Source: an uncultured Deferribacteres bacterium
GTDB taxonomy: Bacteria; Zhuqueibacterota; Zhuqueibacteria; Zhuqueibacterales; Geothermadaptataceae
Assembly: GCA_964014485.1 (NCBI GenBank)
Contig: CAXHAT010000118.1
Coordinates: forward strand, 1 to 24,772
DNA: 24,772 nucleotides
Direction of reading: 5' to 3'
Under the pieces are notes generated by a model. The model had not been told where the DNA came from. It did no database searches and saw only the letters and a list, made by a program, of their open reading frames with translations. Positions 16,420 to 24,772 of the stretch are shown here, piece after piece (the first letter of the stretch is position 1; every line of letters begins with the position of its first letter). A program made the translations under genes and the position numbers.

Positions 16420-17135
16420 AAAACAGTATAGTTTTATTCTTGTTGTTAAGCTCTGCATTCGTTTTGGGCAGTGCGAACCCTTCGCAATCGCAATTCTCAG
16501 GTACGAACAGCCAAATCCTGAACGATGCTGCAAGGAATTTCCATGTAGATAATTGGCAGCAAGCGGTAGAGCAATTTAGATCAGTGCTAGATACATCAGG
16601 CTACAAAACCCTAGGGGAAAACGACTTCATTTTGGCAAACATGTATTTGTTCTTTTCCTACTTTAAACTAAAACTGCCAAACCAGCAAACCGATGTTGCC
16701 AAGAGAATTTTGCGTGTAGATAAGGATGTTTCCGTTGATCCATCTGATTTTTCTGAAGATTATTCAACAATTTTCGACAATGAAAAAGCGCGCGTTTTGG
16801 ACACGTTGAATATTATTACCGAACCGCCGGATGCATTGGTTTTTTTGGATGATAATCTTATCGGCGTGACGCCCCTCGATACCGTTCTCGTGGAAGATCG
16901 ATACAACTTGAGAGTCGAGTCCCCTGGGTACAAAATCAAGGTGGAAGGCATTTCCGTTATTGCCAACCAACCAAACGAATTCAGATATACGCTTAGAAGG
17001 CATCGCAAAACCTGGCGTTGGTATGCGCTCGGGGCTTCTGCGTTGGTGGGCGGAGGCGTTTTTATTTTGACGAACGGAGAAAACCGTCCGGATTTGCCGA
17101 GTCCTCCCGATTTGACGAATTTAGACAATCAATAA
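16416..17135 (+). CDS. Exported TPR-like + PEGA domain protein with C-terminal hydrophobic anchor
   Basis: Signal peptide, helical TPR-like region, clear PEGA (LNIITEPPDALVFLD..IGVTPL..YNLRVESPGY), then RRHRKTWRWYALGASALVGGGVFIL. ATGA overlap with the upstream stop codon. Confidence 0.72.
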   Translation: MKNSIVLFLLLSSAFVLGSANPSQSQFSGTNSQILNDAARNFHVDNWQQAVEQFRSVLDTSGYKTLGENDFILANMYLFFSYFKLKLPNQQTDVAKRILRVDKDVSVDPSDFSEDYSTIFDNEKARVLDTLNIITEPPDALVFLDDNLIGVTPLDTVLVEDRYNLRVESPGYKIKVEGISVIANQPNEFRYTLRRHRKTWRWYALGASALVGGGVFILTNGENRPDLPSPPDLTNLDNQ

Positions 17136-17201
17136 TCGTCACGTTTTAGATTTTCATACAGACGATTCAACCCGCCGCAGCCATAGTAAAGGGGTTCATA
17201 A

Positions 17202-20200
17202 ATGCATATTTCGAAACGCAGCTCAAATATTTTCTTCACATTTTTCGTTGTTGTTATCACCGCCAAGCTCGGTTTTGCGCAAAACTTTACCGTGATAGAC
17301 ACGCTCAAAGGCGTCGAAGAAGGGCACGTCGAATGGGGCGACTTTGACAATGACGGCGACCTCGACATCCTTCTTACCGGGGACGCGCAGCCGGTATTCA
17401 CACAAATCTATGAAAATCGCGCCGGTACTTTTATCGAACGAAAATTTGATTTTTTGAACGTGAGGAACAGCCACGTATCTTGGGCCGATTACGATAACGA
17501 CGGCGATCTTGATGTGCTTGTCCAGGGACGCGATCAGGACGGCGATGAATCAGCCCAGCTCTACCGAAACGACGGCAACGCGTTTTCCGAAGTCGAGACG
17601 GACATCGATGGATTCGAAAAGGGATTTTCAGCATGGGGCGACTATGACAATGACGGCGATCTGGACCTCGTTATCGCAGGCGATTTAAACGAAGGCGATG
17701 ATAATTTTGCCACTCTTTATCGCAATGACGGCGACGGTGAATTTACCGAAATCGACGCCGGCATTCTCGGCGGCGAAGACCCTGGAATCGATTGGGGTGA
17801 TTTTGACAAGGACGGCGATCTCGATCTATTGATTTCCGGCGAAGGCGACGATGACTTCAGCATGAGAGTATATCGCAATACAGGCGGCGTTTTTCAGGAC
17901 GTTGAGGCCGGGCTTTTTCCAATTGTCGACGGTTCGCTGGAATGGGGCGATTTTGATAATGACGGCGATTTGGATATTTTGAGCGCAGGCGAAGATGGTG
18001 ATTTCTTTTTTACCATAATTTATGAAAATAACGCCGGAAGCTTTGAAATCCACGATTCAACTTTGACCGGAATCCAGGACGGGCGCGCGGGTTGGGGCGA
18101 CTTGGACAATGACGGCGATCTTGACATGCTGGTTGTTGGGGACGCAGATACGAACGAAGTGGCGAAGCTATTTAGAAATGATAACGGGAATTTTGTTCCA
18201 TTTGAAAACCAGCCCTTGCCGAAAATGAAGGCTGCATGGTTCGATTTTGGTGATTTTGATAATGACGGCGATCTCGATCTTGTCATGGCCGGCGATCATG
18301 ACAATTTTCTGACTATTGTTGTGCGCAACGACGCGCCGGTCTCAAATACGCCCCCGGAATCGCCGACGTCATTGAACACAATCGTCACGCGCGACTCAAT
18401 AATTTTTGAGTGGCAGCCCGCGAATGACGCGGAAACGCCTGCAAACAGCCTGACATATAATCTGCGAGTCGGCAGCGCAACCGGCGCCGTAGACATTGTT
18501 TCACCTTCCGCGGACCCGGCGACCGGATTCCGACTTTTGCCGGAGCCCGGTAACGTTGACGGCGGCGCTCGGTGGCGGTTAGAGCGGGATTTGCCGAAAG
18601 GTCAATATTTCTGGAGCGTGCAAACAATCGATAATGGCATGGCCTCGTCCGCCTTCGCGCCGGAACAGACCTTCGCGATTGTTTTTCCGCCGCCGCCGGA
18701 AAACTTGCAGGTTACGCATGCAGAGAATGGAGAAATTAACCTGCTCTGGGACGAAAGCAGCGATCCGGACGTGACCAGGTACCGCATTTACACTGCTCAA
18801 GGCGGCGGCCCCCTCGTTTTGGAAGATTCGGTTGATGTTACCGACGCACAACTGACTGGCTTCAACTCGCCCGACATTCATGAAATAGCTGTGACCGCCG
18901 TTGACAATGCCGGCAACGCTTCGAAATTTTCTCAAAGAGCTTATGCAGCGCCTTCGCTTTTGGCCGAGATCGCGTTAAATCTGCCCGAAATTGGCGATGG
19001 AGACGTCGCGTGGGGAGATTACGACAATGACGGCGATTTGGACTTGTTCATCACCGGGGAGCAGATTGACGGCTCGACGTTTTCAGACGTTCTTGAAAAT
19101 TCAAACGGCGTTTTTAATCCTATTTCTTCAGATGTCACTCCGCTGGGAAAAGCGGCCGCGACCTGGGGCGACTTTAACGGCGACGGCTGGCTTGACCTTG
19201 CTGTTATTGGCGAAAGCGCCGGTCGTCCGGTTTCCAAAATTTATCGCAACACCGGCGACGGCGGTTTTGTCGACATTGATGCGCCGCTGATCGGCGTGCG
19301 CAACGGCGACTTGGCATGGGGCGATTACGACAATGACGGCGATCTTGACCTTCTGCTGGCCGGTCAGGCCAACGACGGTACGCCGGTCTCACGCGTCTAT
19401 CGCTACATTGGCGCTGACGAGTTTCTCAGCAGCAACGCCGCCATTCAGGATGTGCAAAACGCCGCCGTTGCCTGGGCGGATTATGGTCAAGATTTTGATC
19501 TCGACATTCTTCTAGTTGGCGAAAACCGCGAGGGCGACCGAATTTCGCGCATCTATCGCAATACGAACGGCGCGTTTTCAGAGCGCGATGAACCGTTGGC
19601 GGATGCTAAGAATGCGGCCGCCGGATTTCTGGATTTTGACAACGACGGTGATCTTGATCTCCTGATTGCAGGACAGGAAGAAGACGGCGCGGCCACGCGA
19701 TTATATGCAAGCGACGGCGGCGACTTCAGCGACACAAAGCTTTCGTTTGTCGGCGTTGAAAACGGCGCCATCGAATTGGCGGACGTTGATAATGACGGCG
19801 TTGAAGATATTCTCGTTTCAGGCACGGGGCAAAACGGACGTTCAACGCGACTTTACAAGCGCGCAGCCGATCAATTTCAAGAAATCGTCACCGCAATCCC
19901 CGGTTTGGCTGACGGCAGTTTTCACTTGGCTGATTTCGACAACGACGGCGACCTCGACGTTGCTGTTTCCGGCAGAACCGGGGAAGGGCCGCTCACGCGC
20001 ATTTATCGCAACAACAGCAATATGAAAAACGCTCCGCCAAGCACTCCGGTAATCATGCCGATTGCGCAAGCACGGAACGTTTTCACTCCGAACTGGGAGT
20101 CGGCTTCAGATGACGAAACGCCGCAGAATTCCCTGACTTACAACCTGCGCATCGGCACGTCTTCCGGCGCTGACGATGTTTTCGCGGGCATGGCGCAGGC

Positions 20201-23200
20201 TGACGGTCTTCGTCGCGTTTCACAACCCGGCAACGTAAGTACTGCAACGCAGTGGCCTATAAAAATTTTGCAGCCGGGAACCTACTTCTATAGCGTTCAA
20301 GCGATCGACAACGGACGGCAAGCGTCTGCGTTTGCTCCGGAACAAACGTTTGAGTTTTCTCCGCCGCCGCCGCCGGAAAATGTCATCGCTCTCGGCGGCA
20401 ACAAAGAAGTCGAACTTTCCTGGGGTGCGGTTAATGCGCCAAGCGCACAAAAATATTATGTCTACGGCGGTCTGCAACCCCGCCCGCTAACATTGCTGGA
20501 CTCGACGGCGGGCGTCTCCCAAACCAGCGTTATCATCGAAGGCTTGTTGAACAACACGCCCTATTTTTTCCGGGTCGCCACACTCGACACGAGCGAAATT
20601 CTCAGTGATTTTTCCGCCGACGCTTCCGCGACCCCAGGCTTGTTTTCGGAAGTTCCCAATCAATTGACGCAGTTTGAAGGATTAAACGACGCTGCGGCAA
20701 TTTGGGGCGACGTCGACAACGACGGCGATTTGGACGTTATTTACGCTGGTGAAACCTCTGCGCAATTACCTTCTTCATTTGTTTACCGCAACCTCGGCAA
20801 TAACCGCTTTGAGGATACGGAATCGGAAATTGACAGCGTTTTGGAAGCGGCTTTAGATTTGGGCGATTATGATAACGACGGCGATCTCGATTTGGTCTTA
20901 ACCGGCGCGCTGACTGGAGGCAATGCGCAAAGTTCACGTATTTACAACAACTCAAACGGCGTTTTTCTGCCGACCAGCGACGCCTTGCAGGGCGTAGCGG
21001 CGGAACCGAATTCAGTGGCGTGGGGCGATTATGACAATGACGGCGATCTGGATTTGCTCCTGACAGGAGACGGCGAGGGCGGCAGGATTGCGGCGATTTA
21101 CAAAAACCAGAACGGCGCTTTCTCTGACGCTGAAGTTGGTTTTGCAGAAATGAGAAACGGCGCCGCGCTCTGGGGCGACCTTGATAACGACGGCGATCTG
21201 GACGTTGTCCTCACTGGCCGATCTAACGACGGTGAGGAAACTTCCGTTTATCAAAACAACGACGGCGTTTTTGAACTGCTCGAGACGAATATTATCGGCT
21301 CGCGTCGGAGCGACGCCCAACTCGGAGACTTCGACAATGACGGCGATCTCGACCTCATTTTAAACGGAAACGACGGCGATGACGATATTATGAAATTTTA
21401 TCGCAACGACGGCGATTTCCAATTTGAAGACGTCAGCGATTTTGATTTTACCATCGACGAGGGCATTGCCGCATGGGGCGACTACGACAACGACGGCGAT
21501 TTGGACTTGCTGATTTCCGGCGACGATGAAGTTTCCGAAGATGACATCACGCGAATCTATCGCAACGAAAACGGCGTCTTTGTAAACACCGGAATACCTT
21601 TTCCCGGCATGGACGATTGCGACGCCGCTTGGGGCGACTATGACAACGACGGTGATTTGGACTTGCTTTTGAGCGGCAAAGTTAGCGGCGGCGTAGGCTA
21701 CACGCGAATTTTCCGCAACAACCTGAATACGCAAAACCAACCGCCGCAAGCGCCTTCGCAACTTTCGGCAGTTGTTGGCGAGGGCTCGGCGGCCCTTTCC
21801 TGGGCGCAAACGACGGACGCAGAAACGGCTCCGGACGGCCTGACTTACAATTTGCGCGTCGGCAGCGCTCCGGGAGCATTCGACGTGGTTGCGCCGATGA
21901 CGAACGCGCAAAACGGGGCGAGGCTTATCGCGGCAAAAGGAAACTTGCAGCACAACACAAACTGGGCGCTGAAAAACCTCGCGCCGGGAACCTACTATTG
22001 GAGCGTACAGGCAATAGATCATGCCTACGCCGCTTCTGCATTCGCGCCGGAGCAAAGCTTCACCGTCGGCGGGGCTTCTCTGGCGTTTTCGGATGCGGCG
22101 TTGGATTTTGGCCCGGTGGCCGTCAGTACGCGAGCCTCGTTGCGTTTGGGTTTGGCGAACACAGGATCTGATACTCTCATGCTTACGTCAGTTGCGACAA
22201 GCGGCGCTAACGCGGGCGATTTTAGTGTTGATGAATTTGAAGGCCATGCTATCGCCGCTGGCGCAGAAATCGATTTTAGCGTCAGTTTTGACGCTCAAAC
22301 GATCGGCGTCAAATCAGCGACGCTAGAGTTCAGTGATCAGGGGGGAAATCTTCTGGGCGCGATCACGCTAAAGGCCGAAGTCACCGAGACCTCCCGTTCA
22401 TTTTTAACATTAGCCGCCAAAACCGTGGATTTCTTTGAGGTTCGCGTAGGCCAGACCAAGACGAGCGCATTGCAGCTTGCAAACTCAGGCAATGCCATCA
22501 TGACCGTCCGAGACATCAGGCTCGAAGGCGCCGCCGCCAGCGACTACAGCATTGTGGATCGTTCTCGTCTGCCTCTGCGCATTGGCCCCGGAGACGCCGA
22601 AGCGCTGGAACTGGCTTTTGCGCCGACACAAACAAAATTGCGCAGCGCTTCGTTTGAAATCGTCACCGACACGGCAATGCCGCAGAATGTCGTATTGGTA
22701 CGCGGCTCCGGCCTCAGCGCGTCTGTGTTCTTAAGCCGTGCCAACCTCGACTTTGAGCCTGCCAATGTCGGCGAATTTCAGGATTTGCCGCTTACTTTTC
22801 GGAACGACGGCGCTGACACAGTTGCAATCGCCGCTGCTGAAATGTCCGGCGCGGGCGCATCCGATTTCCAAGCGCTTTTCCAACCGCCCGCAACGCTTTT
22901 GCCGGGCGAAGACGAAACGTTTTTCGTGCGTTTCCAGCCGCAATCACCCGGTCTAAAATCCGCTGTGCTTCATGTCACAGCCGGGGCGGATTCCAGCGAA
23001 ATCGGCGCCGTTGAGCTTGAGGGAACCGGCCTTGACGAATCGCCGCCGGGGCTGGTCAACACGACGCTGGCAACAACGGTTGCTCAAGGATCAAGTTTCG
23101 AAGTGTCCGCCCAAGTCGAGGACAATTTCAGTATACAATCCGTCACCCTGTTCTTCCGCGCGGGCGGCGGCGCGACCAGTGTTGAGAAACAAATGCAGCG

Positions 23201-24665
23201 CAGAGCGGACAATCGTTATACTTTTGATATTGCCGCAGACACAACCAGCGAAATTCCGCTGACGCGCGGCCTTGAGTATCGCATTGTGGCGCGGGACGGC
23301 GTTGAGCAGCCGACGGAATCGGAATGGACGCCGGTGCAGGTGCGCCTTTCGGAGAACGCCATTTCAACGACGCAAATCGGCGGCGTGGAAGACGGCGCTT
23401 ACCGGCTGATCGCCGTTCCCCTTGCGCTTGAAAACGCCTCGGTCGACGCTGTTTTTGGCGATGATTTGGGCCAACAAAATATTAAGGATTGGCGATTGTG
23501 GCGCATAGACCCCGCCAATGCTAACGCTGATTTTCCTTACCTTGAAACTACTGGCAATGATCAATTTTTTCCTGGTTCCGCTCGATTCTTGATTATTAGC
23601 GAAAACGCCGCGATAACCGCAGGCGCGGGCTTAACGCCCAAGACGCTGGAATTTTTTGAGATTCCTTTGCACGAAGGCTGGAACATGGTCGGCAATCCGT
23701 TCAATTTCAATGTCCGGATTGAAAACGTCGATTTGAAAAGCGACGGCTCGCGCCCGTCCATTTTTGGCTTTGAAGGCGATTTCCGAGAAGCGCAGCTCTT
23801 GGCGCCCTGGACGGGTTATCTTGTCAAAGCGGCTGGGGGCGTGGACACTTTGCGCATCTGGCCGTCGGAAGACATTCTTGACCGTACGCAAGACCTGGCG
23901 AAACCTGCGGGCGGCCTGGATTGGCGCATCAAGCTGAGCGCAGCTTCCAGCGATGTGCGTGATGTGGAAAATTATGTCGGTGCGGCAAAAGACGCTTCGC
24001 CGGAATGGGACCGGCACGAACTTTTCGAACCGCCGCCCATCGGTGAGTTTGTTAAACTATGGTTTGCGCAACAGGACTGGGCGCAGTTTCCCGACAACTA
24101 CACGACGGACTTTCAGCCGCCTTCCGAAGACGGGCACGTATGGGAGTTTCGCGTGCAGTCCAGTTTGGGCGAGCCGGTGACGCTACAATTTGACGAACTG
24201 GAATCAGCGCCCGAGCATTTTGAAATCCGGCTTTTCGATTTGCAATTGCACCACGCCGTTGATGTGCGGCGGGAAGGCGCGTATGTCTTCAGCCCGCTCC
24301 GTTCAGGCGCGAATCGCTTTAAATTGGTGGTTGGCACGGCGGATTTTGTCGAGCAGGAGAGTGAAAACGCGCTGGGCTTGCCGACGACGTTTGAACTGGC
24401 ACAGAATTTCCCCAACCCCTTCAATCCCGCAACGACGATTCGCTACGGTCTGCCGCAAAACGCGAAAGTCACGCTCAAAATTTACAATTTATTGGGTCGT
24501 GAAGTTGTCACGTTGGTTGACGACGAAGAAAAACCGGCGGGCTACCACTTCTCAGTCTGGGACGGTCGCAACCGTTCCGGCGAACGCGTTGCCAGCGGCG
24601 TGTTTATTTACCAAATTCAGGCGGGCGAGATTGTGCAGACAAAGAAAATGATTTTGGTCAAATAG
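17202..24665 (+). CDS. Giant secreted FG-GAP/VCBS repeat protein (3 x 7 repeats) with Fn3, ASH/choice-of-anchor-D domains and FlgD-Ig/T9SS-type C-terminal sorting domain
   Basis: Signal peptide ending GFA-Q. 21 copies of the (W)GD(Y/F)DNDGDLD-type motif, five Fn3-like domains, three LDF..V.VG...N.G Ig-like domains, and C-terminal QNFPNPFNPATTIRY...WDGRN..G..VASGVF...KKMILVK. Confidence 0.9.
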   Translation: MHISKRSSNIFFTFFVVVITAKLGFAQNFTVIDTLKGVEEGHVEWGDFDNDGDLDILLTGDAQPVFTQIYENRAGTFIERKFDFLNVRNSHVSWADYDNDGDLDVLVQGRDQDGDESAQLYRNDGNAFSEVETDIDGFEKGFSAWGDYDNDGDLDLVIAGDLNEGDDNFATLYRNDGDGEFTEIDAGILGGEDPGIDWGDFDKDGDLDLLISGEGDDDFSMRVYRNTGGVFQDVEAGLFPIVDGSLEWGDFDNDGDLDILSAGEDGDFFFTIIYENNAGSFEIHDSTLTGIQDGRAGWGDLDNDGDLDMLVVGDADTNEVAKLFRNDNGNFVPFENQPLPKMKAAWFDFGDFDNDGDLDLVMAGDHDNFLTIVVRNDAPVSNTPPESPTSLNTIVTRDSIIFEWQPANDAETPANSLTYNLRVGSATGAVDIVSPSADPATGFRLLPEPGNVDGGARWRLERDLPKGQYFWSVQTIDNGMASSAFAPEQTFAIVFPPPPENLQVTHAENGEINLLWDESSDPDVTRYRIYTAQGGGPLVLEDSVDVTDAQLTGFNSPDIHEIAVTAVDNAGNASKFSQRAYAAPSLLAEIALNLPEIGDGDVAWGDYDNDGDLDLFITGEQIDGSTFSDVLENSNGVFNPISSDVTPLGKAAATWGDFNGDGWLDLAVIGESAGRPVSKIYRNTGDGGFVDIDAPLIGVRNGDLAWGDYDNDGDLDLLLAGQANDGTPVSRVYRYIGADEFLSSNAAIQDVQNAAVAWADYGQDFDLDILLVGENREGDRISRIYRNTNGAFSERDEPLADAKNAAAGFLDFDNDGDLDLLIAGQEEDGAATRLYASDGGDFSDTKLSFVGVENGAIELADVDNDGVEDILVSGTGQNGRSTRLYKRAADQFQEIVTAIPGLADGSFHLADFDNDGDLDVAVSGRTGEGPLTRIYRNNSNMKNAPPSTPVIMPIAQARNVFTPNWESASDDETPQNSLTYNLRIGTSSGADDVFAGMAQADGLRRVSQPGNVSTATQWPIKILQPGTYFYSVQAIDNGRQASAFAPEQTFEFSPPPPPENVIALGGNKEVELSWGAVNAPSAQKYYVYGGLQPRPLTLLDSTAGVSQTSVIIEGLLNNTPYFFRVATLDTSEILSDFSADASATPGLFSEVPNQLTQFEGLNDAAAIWGDVDNDGDLDVIYAGETSAQLPSSFVYRNLGNNRFEDTESEIDSVLEAALDLGDYDNDGDLDLVLTGALTGGNAQSSRIYNNSNGVFLPTSDALQGVAAEPNSVAWGDYDNDGDLDLLLTGDGEGGRIAAIYKNQNGAFSDAEVGFAEMRNGAALWGDLDNDGDLDVVLTGRSNDGEETSVYQNNDGVFELLETNIIGSRRSDAQLGDFDNDGDLDLILNGNDGDDDIMKFYRNDGDFQFEDVSDFDFTIDEGIAAWGDYDNDGDLDLLISGDDEVSEDDITRIYRNENGVFVNTGIPFPGMDDCDAAWGDYDNDGDLDLLLSGKVSGGVGYTRIFRNNLNTQNQPPQAPSQLSAVVGEGSAALSWAQTTDAETAPDGLTYNLRVGSAPGAFDVVAPMTNAQNGARLIAAKGNLQHNTNWALKNLAPGTYYWSVQAIDHAYAASAFAPEQSFTVGGASLAFSDAALDFGPVAVSTRASLRLGLANTGSDTLMLTSVATSGANAGDFSVDEFEGHAIAAGAEIDFSVSFDAQTIGVKSATLEFSDQGGNLLGAITLKAEVTETSRSFLTLAAKTVDFFEVRVGQTKTSALQLANSGNAIMTVRDIRLEGAAASDYSIVDRSRLPLRIGPGDAEALELAFAPTQTKLRSASFEIVTDTAMPQNVVLVRGSGLSASVFLSRANLDFEPANVGEFQDLPLTFRNDGADTVAIAAAEMSGAGASDFQALFQPPATLLPGEDETFFVRFQPQSPGLKSAVLHVTAGADSSEIGAVELEGTGLDESPPGLVNTTLATTVAQGSSFEVSAQVEDNFSIQSVTLFFRAGGGATSVEKQMQRRADNRYTFDIAADTTSEIPLTRGLEYRIVARDGVEQPTESEWTPVQVRLSENAISTTQIGGVEDGAYRLIAVPLALENASVDAVFGDDLGQQNIKDWRLWRIDPANANADFPYLETTGNDQFFPGSARFLIISENAAITAGAGLTPKTLEFFEIPLHEGWNMVGNPFNFNVRIENVDLKSDGSRPSIFGFEGDFREAQLLAPWTGYLVKAAGGVDTLRIWPSEDILDRTQDLAKPAGGLDWRIKLSAASSDVRDVENYVGAAKDASPEWDRHELFEPPPIGEFVKLWFAQQDWAQFPDNYTTDFQPPSEDGHVWEFRVQSSLGEPVTLQFDELESAPEHFEIRLFDLQLHHAVDVRREGAYVFSPLRSGANRFKLVVGTADFVEQESENALGLPTTFELAQNFPNPFNPATTIRYGLPQNAKVTLKIYNLLGREVVTLVDDEEKPAGYHFSVWDGRNRSGERVASGVFIYQIQAGEIVQTKKMILVK

Positions 24666-24716
24666 GACGGCGTAAACAACTTGCCGTGCAAAGCCAGATC
24701 GGTCGGCTATAGAAAA

Positions 24717-24739
24717 CCGGAGTGCAAAGCTCGCTTTGC
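24717..24739 (+). repeat. REP-like hairpin element (CCGGAGT-stem-TC-stem)
   Basis: CCGGAGT GCAAAGC TC GCTTTGC. A partial copy, GTGCAAAGC, sits at 24686-24694. Confidence 0.5.
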
Positions 24740-24744
24740 CTTTC

Positions 24745-24772
24745 GTTCAGCTCAAATGGCTGAACATAATTT
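24745..24772 (+). terminator. Hairpin downstream of giant gene, possible terminator
   Basis: GTTCAGC (24745-24751) pairs with GCTGAAC (24759-24765), followed by ATAATTT at the window edge. Confidence 0.3.

Noticed and set aside
17330..21670. Recurring TGGGGCGA(C/T)TA(C/T)GACAA(C/T)GACGGCGAT at roughly 150-nt spacing, superficially like a CRISPR or tandem array
   Set aside because: These are in-frame FG-GAP codons that vary at synonymous positions within one ORF. The spacing is too long for CRISPR and there are no cas genes.
21360..22055. 231-aa antisense ORF, plus the many other 60-160 aa ORFs overlapping called genes
   Set aside because: Shadow ORFs of GC-rich or repetitive coding sequence with no recognisable motifs.
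17202..24665. Possible diversity-generating retroelement target (TR/VR pair) among the repeated modules
   Set aside because: Modules differ at all base types. I saw no near-identical copy with adenine-specific mismatches and no reverse transcriptase in the window.

Overview
Bacterial genomic window with two parts. The 'QNFPNPFNPATTI...KKMILVK' secretion tail suggests an FCB-superphylum lineage such as KSB1/Calditrichota-like; this is an inference. (1) 1-11395 is housekeeping and cell-envelope DNA. It starts with the 3' end of an Sfp-type phosphopantetheinyl transferase (+). A minus-strand run follows, in transcription order: typA/bipA, S9 peptidase, GT2 glycosyltransferase, SAM methyltransferase, DUF4837-like lipoprotein, purE, PfkB kinase, RmlD-like reductase, polyprenol-phosphate mannose synthase. 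The intergenic gaps carry REP-like GTAG/GGAG hairpins, the GT2 gene has an in-frame palindromic insertion, and typA has a long, apparently structured leader. (2) 11782-24665 is a divergent five-gene accessory locus. The minus arm encodes a PEGA/DUF5683-like protein and an Fn3-kelch lipoprotein. The plus arm encodes an effector-less STAND-like ATPase with one TM helix and an extracytoplasmic PEGA-like region, a translationally coupled TPR-PEGA protein, and a 2487-aa secreted protein with 21 FG-GAP repeats in three 7-repeat blocks. This locus is the best candidate for an undescribed trans-envelope sensing or adhesin system. I found no rRNA, tRNA, CRISPR array or transposase. All family assignments come from motif recognition by eye; no searches were run.
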